From: Giardia intestinalis
Taxonomy: Eukaryota
Assembly (NCBI GenBank): GCA_000002435.2
Contig: CM018792.1
Length of the DNA: 64,000 nucleotides
Strand: one strand, 5' to 3'
Shown: positions 52,762 to 61,301 of the stretch, in pieces
Layout: the number at the start of each line of letters is the position of its first letter
Position numbering within the stretch: the first letter of the stretch is position 1
Notes under the pieces: model-generated
What the model was told of the DNA's origin: nothing
The model's database searches: none
Seen by the model: only the letters and a program-made list of their open reading frames with translations
Program-made: the position numbers and the translations under genes

Positions 52762-54480
52762 TTATTGATTTTTCTGGATATACTCGTACCAGGCCTTGGG
52801 GTTTAGATTTCGGAGACGCTCCTCGAAGTCCTGCTCTACCTCTGCCTTTATCTTGTACATTTCATTTCGCAACTTTGTGTCATATTCGTCCTGAATTTGC
52901 TCACGGAGCTTATTAAATCTAATATCGCTCTCGAGTAATTTTTGTTGGAGCTCTAAGATCTTACTTTCATATTCCAAACATTGTAATTGCTTAGTTCCAT
53001 GGCAATCCTCATCTTCTTTTTCTGTATTTGGCACTCTGATGGTTTGTAACCCAGATGAGCACCTGGCCCCATCCAACTCCATGGTGATTTTATCCCAGGC
53101 TATGCTGGCGTCTGCCGAGTCCCTACCGTTTGGAAGAGTGCATAAAAATTCATCTAGGGTATCCTCTATCTTGTTTTCCTTTATCGGTAGCAGCGGATTA
53201 GTTGCCGTTGTCATGGGTGAACACTCCTCATCAAGGCCCCGTAGAGTCCGTCGTTCGTCCTCTGCAGGCCCTTCGTGAAGCTTCTTAAGCAGGTACGTTA
53301 CCTTGCGTCGCTCGTTTTCAGCATCTCCTTGGGCCTTTGCGAGATCCGCTGTTAGCTTTGCCAAATGATCCTCCAAGTTCTTGCGGATATACTGCTCCTT
53401 CATCAACATCTTGCTCAGGGTAAACTGATCCTGTGTTGCAGCATCAAGCTTCTGCTGCAAGTGTTTAATTAGGTCGTCGGTAGTGGGGTCGTGCAGGTTA
53501 CGGTGCTCATCATGTAAATAGGACGAGTCAATCGAAGAGTCACATATGTGCACTGACTTTTTTTCTTTTTTTGGTGAATCAATCTCAATCCCAGGGTTCG
53601 TAATGGAAGAGGGAAAAAGTGCATCCTTTAAGATGGCACGAAGCACCCCCTGAATACTCTGCTTCTTGTGTAGCTCTGGATTAATTACAGTTAAGATGGT
53701 AAGTGTTTTAGCACCGAATTCTTGGGCCTCTAGTAAAGAGAGCATGTAGTTGTGTATTTTCTTGTGGGCAGGTGAAGGCTTGGCTGCGCTGAAATATCTA
53801 GTAAAGCTTGCTTTGCGTGTTCTGGCATCAAGATACTTCAAGATAACGGTGTTGTGATCGGAAGGCCCTTTTACGCACTGGTAGTCACAGAAGATAGAGA
53901 GCCACTCGGGCGCGGATACAGGGGTTGTGTTGGACATCTTCCCGACAAACGGAGAGAGAAGGTGAATTTTCATGGGGGCTAGTTCAGCACCATCCACAGA
54001 TAGCTCCAGCTGAAGGGCATACGTCTCCACACGGTCCGCTGCGAACCTGCGAACTGCCTTCACAACAGCTTCTGCAGCGCTGCGAGTTAAGCTGTCTCTT
54101 GTTAACAGTCCTATTGCTTCCTCCTCAAACATAGGTTCTTGGTCCATCGAGTGAACAAAGCGATAGCCAGTGATAGCGAGTTTATAGCCTGTTAGACGAA
54201 GTATTAGACGTAGGAGCTCGTCATGAACTGCTGTCATATCGGTTTCAAGGAAGCGGGGCACAACTAATAGGAACGTTTCTGCCACGACCCTCTTTGGCAA
54301 GAGATGGTAGAGGGCTGTGCATATCCTTTTTCTGGCAGAAGATGGGGTCCGCAGAAATGACACGTCCCCTTCCAAGAACACAGCTCCATCAGAGCACGAA
54401 ATGCATGCAGCTTGAAGACTGGTTGCCTTAAGATCAGGAGGAAAGCCTGTGACTACTTGAAGCAAAACATCTGTGCTCAT
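52762..54480 (-). CDS. Hypothetical protein (572 aa) with two C-terminal coiled-coil segments
   Basis: ATG at 54478-54480 (cat). Coiled-coil stretches ...KNLEDHLAKLTADLAKAQGDAENERRKVTYLLKKL... and ...ILELQQKLLESDIRFNKLREQIQDEYDTKLRNEMYKIKAEVEQDFEERLRNL... Confidence 0.55.
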   Translation of the reverse strand: MSTDVLLQVVTGFPPDLKATSLQAACISCSDGAVFLEGDVSFLRTPSSARKRICTALYHLLPKRVVAETFLLVVPRFLETDMTAVHDELLRLILRLTGYKLAITGYRFVHSMDQEPMFEEEAIGLLTRDSLTRSAAEAVVKAVRRFAADRVETYALQLELSVDGAELAPMKIHLLSPFVGKMSNTTPVSAPEWLSIFCDYQCVKGPSDHNTVILKYLDARTRKASFTRYFSAAKPSPAHKKIHNYMLSLLEAQEFGAKTLTILTVINPELHKKQSIQGVLRAILKDALFPSSITNPGIEIDSPKKEKKSVHICDSSIDSSYLHDEHRNLHDPTTDDLIKHLQQKLDAATQDQFTLSKMLMKEQYIRKNLEDHLAKLTADLAKAQGDAENERRKVTYLLKKLHEGPAEDERRTLRGLDEECSPMTTATNPLLPIKENKIEDTLDEFLCTLPNGRDSADASIAWDKITMELDGARCSSGLQTIRVPNTEKEDEDCHGTKQLQCLEYESKILELQQKLLESDIRFNKLREQIQDEYDTKLRNEMYKIKAEVEQDFEERLRNLNPKAWYEYIQKNQ

Positions 54481-54615
54481 TTGTCCTTGTTAGCTTCTTA
54501 AAAACACGAGGTCAAAACCCATCTGCTAACGCATAAACGATAACATACAAGGCAGGCTAATCAGCAATATAGCTGAAAATTTACAGCACAGCGTGCTCTA
54601 GAGCAGACGCATAAT

Positions 54616-55305
54616 TTATACATCAGGCCTGTCCCCTGCAAGCTGCCGCCATCGGGCTCGTTCTGCAGCTATCATAGTATCTAATTCCGCAATCTGCTCC
54701 CTTATTGCTGTATTCCGCTCGCGACATCTAGCAAGCTCTGTACTGGCCTCTCCGATTGACGAACTAATTTTAGCAAAGCTCTCTTCCCGTTTCTTTGCAA
54801 CATTCCCAAAGTACGCCTCATGCTTTTCCAGAATTGCTTTGAAGGTCGATGCCAGCGTGCCCCCAAATGTCATGCCCGAAGCTGCTGCATCACTGAGCTT
54901 TGAATTGATATCATCCGAACCAGTTGACAGTGGAGGATCGCCCCTTTGGATAGATGAAACTGTAGACCTCTTTGCATCCCTGGATGGTGGAGCATTGCTG
55001 ATGACACTAACTAATTCTGCGCTGGCCGCAGAAGCCCGTGCACTAGGACTGTCGCTGATGGTGCTACTTAGCGTCTTTGGCTGTCTATACTTGGAAGAAA
55101 CGACCCTTTCCTCTATTAGTTTGTCAACAGGAACATATTTAGAGACGGATGGGGCTCCGGGACGGTACACCAAAACCCACGCGTCATTAGGGCTCGCCTC
55201 TGGGTTGTTGGCCTCAATGAACTGCTCCCCAGCTTCAAAAGAAAACTCGTTGCTGGGATCCTCAGCTGTATATGGCTGTGCAGCGACAAACGTACGAGAA
55301 CTCAT
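54616..55305 (-). CDS. SH3-like domain protein with a C-terminal coiled coil (229 aa)
   Basis: The N-terminus VAAQPYTAEDPSNEFSFEAGEQFIEANNPEASPNDAWVLVYRPGAPSVSKYVPVDKLIE fits the SH3 pattern (ALYDY...ELSF..GD.I......WW........G.IP.NYV). ATG at 55303-55305. Confidence 0.45.
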   Translation of the reverse strand: MSSRTFVAAQPYTAEDPSNEFSFEAGEQFIEANNPEASPNDAWVLVYRPGAPSVSKYVPVDKLIEERVVSSKYRQPKTLSSTISDSPSARASAASAELVSVISNAPPSRDAKRSTVSSIQRGDPPLSTGSDDINSKLSDAAASGMTFGGTLASTFKAILEKHEAYFGNVAKKREESFAKISSSIGEASTELARCRERNTAIREQIAELDTMIAAERARWRQLAGDRPDV

Positions 55306-55547
55306 AGACTTTGACTACTGCTATTTTTGAACGACAAGGCGGCAACCCGTTGAACCAGGCTGAAGCAGACGTTGCTGCATAGCTTCACAAATGCTTACTG
55401 CGCCAACAAAACGCATATATGCATAGATATATGCACAGCCTCACGAGTATTCGCATATTTCAACAAATTTAGCCAATATGTTGCCGACACAAACAAAGCG
55501 GTCTGAGACCCAACACAAGGTCAGAGAGCATATTTACAGTGCCAATG

Positions 55548-56417
55548 TCAGCTCATATTTGCATTTATGGTGGTATACATCTGTGGTGCAGGACTGACGC
55601 ACCCTCCTGCTCTCGGAGCCGTCAAAATAAAGGGAACGTATGTGAAGGGGGCCTGGCTGAAGAAGGAGGCTGGGGGTGGCGGGTAAGACATGGGCACATA
55701 CCCGTGCGGAGCGGCGGGGTAGGGGAGATTGATGAACGATTGATTAGGCATGAGAGGAAGCAGGGTAGGGTCAGGAAGAGAGACAATCCCCCCGGGAACA
55801 TACTCTATGGGGCACGGAGAAAGTTGCGAAGAAATTTGCGAAGAATGCTGTGAGGAATGTTGTGAGGAAAGTTGCGATACCTCCACTGGTGTGTTTGCTT
55901 CTGGAGCCTTGGGCTTATCTGCCTTTTTGCGCTGCGCTCTCGGTCTGTACGGTCTTCGTGATGATATCTTAACTCCGCATTCTTCTAATACCGCACGAAC
56001 ACTGTGGGTACGAAGCGCGTTATTGTAAGTCATACGCAACTCCTGGCGTGGATATTTCGCGCTAAAGCGCTTGTGTATCTCTTTATAAAACTCTGCGTCG
56101 ATAGCTCTTCTATCACGGATACCCCCAATTATAATTGACCTGATTGCTTCTCGGTCTTCGTTTGTCATCTTCACATCCAGGATGTTCCGAGAGTGGGTCT
56201 CACGATACCAATGATAGATCCGATTGCGATCTTGGTTGAGGGCGGTTGCTATCTTGCGCCAATTGATAGGAGTTTTAATGGCATAGGCGTACAGCTTCCG
56301 TGGAGTGCGGATGAGTGTTTCTACGTCCTCAGAGACACCGCGAGTGACAATAATTTGTGAAGCAAGTTCCCGAAGGATAGACTCTTGCAGTTCCGATGAC
56401 ATACTAGGATAAACCAT
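55548..56417 (-). CDS. Myb/SANT-like DNA-binding domain protein with a Ser/Gln/His repeat and a Pro-rich tail (289 aa)
   Basis: TPINWRKIATALNQDRNRIYHWYRETH matches the third-helix region of a Myb repeat (W..IA..L..R......W..H). SSQHSSQHSSQISSQ comes from an imperfect 15-nt DNA repeat (55800-55870). ATG at 56415-56417. Confidence 0.45.
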   Translation of the reverse strand: MVYPSMSSELQESILRELASQIIVTRGVSEDVETLIRTPRKLYAYAIKTPINWRKIATALNQDRNRIYHWYRETHSRNILDVKMTNEDREAIRSIIIGGIRDRRAIDAEFYKEIHKRFSAKYPRQELRMTYNNALRTHSVRAVLEECGVKISSRRPYRPRAQRKKADKPKAPEANTPVEVSQLSSQHSSQHSSQISSQLSPCPIEYVPGGIVSLPDPTLLPLMPNQSFINLPYPAAPHGYVPMSYPPPPASFFSQAPFTYVPFILTAPRAGGCVSPAPQMYTTINANMS

Positions 56418-58504
56418 GGAATTCTGATTCTTTAATGCCTAAAACCTTTGAATTAATATAGTAGAGTAAAACCCGGACTAGAACCTTGTAGGCCGACGTA
56501 TTGCTGAGCAATATGATTATCAGGCTTCTAAGTGACTCCCAGCAAAAGGCCCCGACCGATGTCTTTTAATCATGCCTACAACTATATGAACCCATCTAGG
56601 ATTAAAAGAATTGCCTCTTGCCTGTAGCTAAAGTAACCGACTACTTGGAGGTAAGGCCGAGCACCTTATGGTTTGACTGTAGACCGAGTTGGACGATTAA
56701 ACTAATTGCTAAAAACAACGGTCAAGAAATGCCACCCACTAGTGTTACTAACAGTAGCTACAGCAACACCAAAAATCTTTAGAACCTACATCGTATGCCA
56801 AAAATGGCAAAATCCGGGTCCAAAAAGAAAATATCTCAACGCATTTCCAGCGCTAGCGAGTCAGGGCATCCTGTACTGACTACGGAGAGGTCCTATGTAG
56901 CTTTATAATCCAGTCGGCGAGTATGTGCAAGCCCGTGATCCGGATGAGACTTTGCATTCATTCAGTAGCAAGACATGCAAACGCTTTTTGTGCTGAAGCC
57001 TTGGCGATGCATGTATTTGGAGGTGTCTTAGCTGGAAATACAGCATTATCTACGGCCGCAAAACGTAGTTGTGTCTTCGTTTGCCATGTCCTCTACCTTG
57101 CGAGGGCAGGTTTGACCACGACGTCCCGACACAGGTTCTTTAACGTTGAGCACACGTAATCTAACATGCTAATCTAACATGCGTATCCGTCAAATTCCTG
57201 CTTGTAGTGATCCTGATCCAACACACAATGAGAATCTAACATGGAATGAATTGGTTGCTGTTAGGCATAAGCAGCAGATGGTCACATTCTTTCACGGTCT
57301 GCTCCCCCAGAATCTGACATGCTAAGCGGGGCAGTTGGCGAGTCGTCAGGTGAAGATGAAAATTGCGGGATCTTCTTATGCTGCGCAACGAACCGCTGTC
57401 CTCCCTCACGCGGTCTCCTGCATTGGCCTCTAATTGTGATGAGTGCCACCAAAAGGACGTAACGATGGCAGGGATGGATACCGCGATGGGATTGGACAAC
57501 GATCCTTTAAACGACTCTGAATAAAGCCTGAGCACAAAGCTTGTGAACGCTCAACGTCAACCGGAACAGTTACATACGCAGATTAACGAGAAGAACGAGA
57601 TTATATATGCGTATGGGTCCAAAGGGACTGCGCCAAATTTATTTAGCTATATTTCGGATGCAAATTTCACACACCTCCAATTTACAAGGGATGGTTTTAA
57701 TTCTTTTGAAACAGGATTAGAATTACTAGCTGCCAACTTCGCCTACGTGGTCAAATGCTCATGACTTCACAAGAATCTCAGATGGCGACTTTTCTTTGCC
57801 ACTTCGAGTTTTCAGGAGTTCTAACCCTAATCATAGAAGGATGTCAGCCATTCAAGACATACAAGCTCTTTCAGAGATGATTGGACAGGTGCCAAACGAA
57901 GCACTAGATGAGCCTGTTACCACCAATAACACGCTGCTGATGCATGCAATACGTTTTGGATAACCGTTTTGGCCTGAAAACACTTTTTGAGACGTGCCAG
58001 AATGGCTGCCTGCGAAAGGGAAATAATCTCTAGTTTCTGTGGGAACGGTGGTCTTACGAATCTTGCGTTGCACTTTAGCAGTTGGAAGAGAAGCAGGTAT
58101 GGCGAGTAATCAATATACGATTACTCTAAAATCGTCGTGTGGATAGAGCAGGACTTAAGATCCTGAGGGATTCTTCTACCACAAGAGGAGTACGTGTGAA
58201 ATAGCGTGAGAAAAGCACCCTACTCATGCTATAGGCACGGAAACTACGACATGGTTGTTCCGATGGCCTCAGACTCATGGGTGTTATCAAGGGGGTCAAG
58301 ATGAAGAATTCTGAAGGAGAAATTTATCCACTCACACCGGTTAAACACGGTAATCTACCCCTGGCAAACCTTTTATTAAAGGGGTTAGAACCTCTACAAC
58401 CGAAAATTTCCCGAAAAAATGAAAGAGTTGAATTGGTGGCTGCAGTTCTGGCTCTAGTTCTGGTTGCCGCCCCTCGGAAGGCGTCCAGACCGGTGGTAAG
58501 GTAG

Positions 58505-60067
58505 TCAGCTGGTGTCAAGAGCGTCTTCTGTGAGCTTTAATATCTTCTTTATCCTGTTCTCGAACCGGAAAAGGATCGAATCGGTAGAGTACGTCGTCAA
58601 GTTGTTTTCAAGGCAATCTAGCTGCTTGTACAGACGACTGAGTTTTTGCTTGAACGCGGGCTTATTGCCGCGAAGCTCCTGGAACTTGTCGGAGAACAGG
58701 ACTGTCATTATGTACCGTGAAAAGTCATAGAGCCATTGGAAGTTTTTGATATAGACAGCATCTTGCTTCTGCATAGCATCACCTGCCGTGCTGTGCACGT
58801 TCTCGTGTATATCTGACTGAATTTGCTGGTAGGGGAACTCCTTTCCGCTCTCCTGGCGAGAAAAGCACGACATAAGGGCCTTCTTGGAGAGGGTGTCTCC
58901 ACCCATGCCTGCTGCAGCATGCCGGGTCCTAAGAAGCTCCCTGAAGGAATTATTCTTTTTGGTGATTTCCTCGTGCGGCATTCCCTCGTTAGAAAGTTTT
59001 TTTGCAGGCCAGTTAATGCTCTTTAGTGGTAGGCTTCGCTTTAGAGGCGGCTCGGAGTACACCCCATCTAATATGCAGGTGTTAACCATTTTTTCGTAGT
59101 CTATGATGTGTGCGTTTAGCAGGTTTCCGTGCCCAATGTCCTTCATGAGAAGCATGTTGTAGGCTTGTATGGATCGAATCAGAACAAAATTGGATGCGTT
59201 GCGGTAACAGTTATGAATGTCGTCGCCTACGCCATACGATGTGTGCGGTTGGAAGAGGGCACTGTTCCCCTGGAGCTTATCGTTAGCGTCCATCACTGTC
59301 AAGAGATTCACCGTACTTCCACCGTTGGTATCATATAGTAAATCATCTATCTTGCACCTGAAGCCTTTGGAGGGCGTGTCTGCTGACTCTTCCTGAAGGT
59401 TGTGGGAACCGAACAGCGTAATGTCTCCAACAACACTTAGAAGATTGATGTGAATGTTGTTAATATCGAATAAGTTTCTGAAGCGATCGTGCTTATTGCT
59501 GAAAGAGCGCTTGATAACGTTGAGCAGGTGTGTCATGGTCTTGCTGGAGTCGTCCATAAAGCTAGTGCTGGGCATTATGGTAGTCTTACGAGTCCCTCCA
59601 GGACCAGATGTCTTGAACTCAGTGATGTAGTTACTCTTAGCGTGATCATCAAATTCAAAGATGACGTGAAGCCAGAAGTCAGACTCAAAGTTGGGACCCT
59701 CCTTAGAAACAGTATCGTACAGGGCTTTGATGTTAGGATAAAGACGGAAGATCATGTCCTTGTAAGCAGGGCTAACGACGGCCTCCAGTGGCTTGGAGTC
59801 GGCGTCTTGGTGGACCCTGCGGATGGAGAATCCATTTAGCTCCTGAAACTCCACATGCTTATGTGGAATAAAGGAAATGACCGGCTCAAGGAGTGCTGCA
59901 GTCTGGAGCTTGGGGTTGAAGCGCATGAGCTTCTCTTGCTGGCTGTAAAGATCATAAAATTCTTCATCACTTAGTATTTTATTTTGCCCGACAAGCTGGG
60001 CATAGCTATCATGCTCCTGATCGCCTATCTGAGTAAGGATCTCCTTGATCTTACTCGCCGTATCCAT
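58505..60067 (-). CDS. Hypothetical protein (520 aa)
   Basis: ATG at 60065-60067 (cat). Uninterrupted ORF with an AT-rich upstream region. No motif recognised with confidence. Confidence 0.55.
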   Translation of the reverse strand: MDTASKIKEILTQIGDQEHDSYAQLVGQNKILSDEEFYDLYSQQEKLMRFNPKLQTAALLEPVISFIPHKHVEFQELNGFSIRRVHQDADSKPLEAVVSPAYKDMIFRLYPNIKALYDTVSKEGPNFESDFWLHVIFEFDDHAKSNYITEFKTSGPGGTRKTTIMPSTSFMDDSSKTMTHLLNVIKRSFSNKHDRFRNLFDINNIHINLLSVVGDITLFGSHNLQEESADTPSKGFRCKIDDLLYDTNGGSTVNLLTVMDANDKLQGNSALFQPHTSYGVGDDIHNCYRNASNFVLIRSIQAYNMLLMKDIGHGNLLNAHIIDYEKMVNTCILDGVYSEPPLKRSLPLKSINWPAKKLSNEGMPHEEITKKNNSFRELLRTRHAAAGMGGDTLSKKALMSCFSRQESGKEFPYQQIQSDIHENVHSTAGDAMQKQDAVYIKNFQWLYDFSRYIMTVLFSDKFQELRGNKPAFKQKLSRLYKQLDCLENNLTTYSTDSILFRFENRIKKILKLTEDALDTS

Positions 60068-60360
60068 AAGGGCAAGAGGATTTTATTTTTAGAAATGCTA
60101 AGGAAGAGATCCACAGCTATGAGCGGATACAAAGAAGCAGACGCTTCATTGAAGGCTGGGATAAAAACAATCTTATTATAGAAATAGATGCATATATTGG
60201 CTGACTTGTGAGACAGCTTGGGCTAAGTTACCACTAGTGAATAATAATATCCATTCAAATGTACATATTCTTTGTATGACCCATTCCCTCCTTACTGTCT
60301 TCTTTGCCCTCTTGTTGTGAGGGTTGGGGCACGGAGTTGGCAGGTACAAAATTATCTCTA

Positions 60361-61254
60361 ATGAGCACCCAGCTGGAGAAGCTTGCAGACATTATTCTTT
60401 CGCTAGTAGGTCAAGCAGGGTTTACAACGGTGGATACAACTGCAGTGCACCGCCTCATCAAATTTGTGCAGGACTTTTGTCTTTCGGCACACAGACCAAT
60501 TAGGCTGAACTTCTCCGATGTAATCGATCGCTCTCTAACGGTATTTAATGAGGAAAAGGGGATCAGGAACAAGACAGTGGAAGACTTCTTTTACTCCTTC
60601 AGCGCGCTTCTCTTTAAGACGCCCCTGGGACGCCTGGCCACTACTCGTCTTTTCGAAACCCTACAGGCTCAGCAAGGGCCAGCGAAGGGCTTTGATTCCT
60701 TGGGAGGGTTTCGCATACAGGAACCCCTAGATGTTCTCCAGATAAAACTGACTCCTGACAACCCCAGTGATACCGTCCAAGCAGCCATCATACAGGACCA
60801 AAGTTCAGAGTACACCCCATGTGGCTTTCGCAATTGCAATATTCACCCCGTTTTCACATCAACCACCGAAAACTACACACTGACCCCAGAGCACAGCATT
60901 TCAAGCGATGAAAACAACGTCACCCACAGGCCTTACACTATTGAGAATCTCTCAGATAGCTCAGATAACGATGATGCCTTGCCAATGATCCAGGCGGGGC
61001 CTTTCAAAACCGATCAAAACCCTCCCTGGAATCAGCTTCCGCTGGACCTCATTGAGGAGCCAGCCATATGCTTTCTCTGCGATAGCTTAATGGCACAGTT
61101 CTCTAAAAGCGCCCCGCTTCCAACTGTCGCATCACAATTTGACAAGATTGAGCCGTTCCTTATTCCTCCACCGACGGCCTCTCACAGAGCATTCGGTGGA
61201 TATGGCCCTGCCCTTAACCAGCTCCTGGAAAGAAACTGTCAGTTGGGAACATGA
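60361..61254 (+). CDS. Small protein with an N-terminal histone-fold-like (TAF8/TAF3 BTP-type) segment, by inference. The ORF-track start at 60304 is TTG; the first ATG is at 60361
   Basis: MSTQLEKLADIILSLVGQAGFTTVDTTAVHRLIKFVQDFCLSAHRPIRLNFSDVIDRSLTV resembles the TAF8 histone-fold pattern (L..A...IL...GF......A...L.......Y.......A...A.HA.R......DV...L). Confidence 0.4.
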   Translation: MSTQLEKLADIILSLVGQAGFTTVDTTAVHRLIKFVQDFCLSAHRPIRLNFSDVIDRSLTVFNEEKGIRNKTVEDFFYSFSALLFKTPLGRLATTRLFETLQAQQGPAKGFDSLGGFRIQEPLDVLQIKLTPDNPSDTVQAAIIQDQSSEYTPCGFRNCNIHPVFTSTTENYTLTPEHSISSDENNVTHRPYTIENLSDSSDNDDALPMIQAGPFKTDQNPPWNQLPLDLIEEPAICFLCDSLMAQFSKSAPLPTVASQFDKIEPFLIPPPTASHRAFGGYGPALNQLLERNCQLGT

Positions 61255-61301
61255 CTGGATTGGAGCATGAACTAAATAAAAGTGAATTGATGACCTTCCG
61301 G

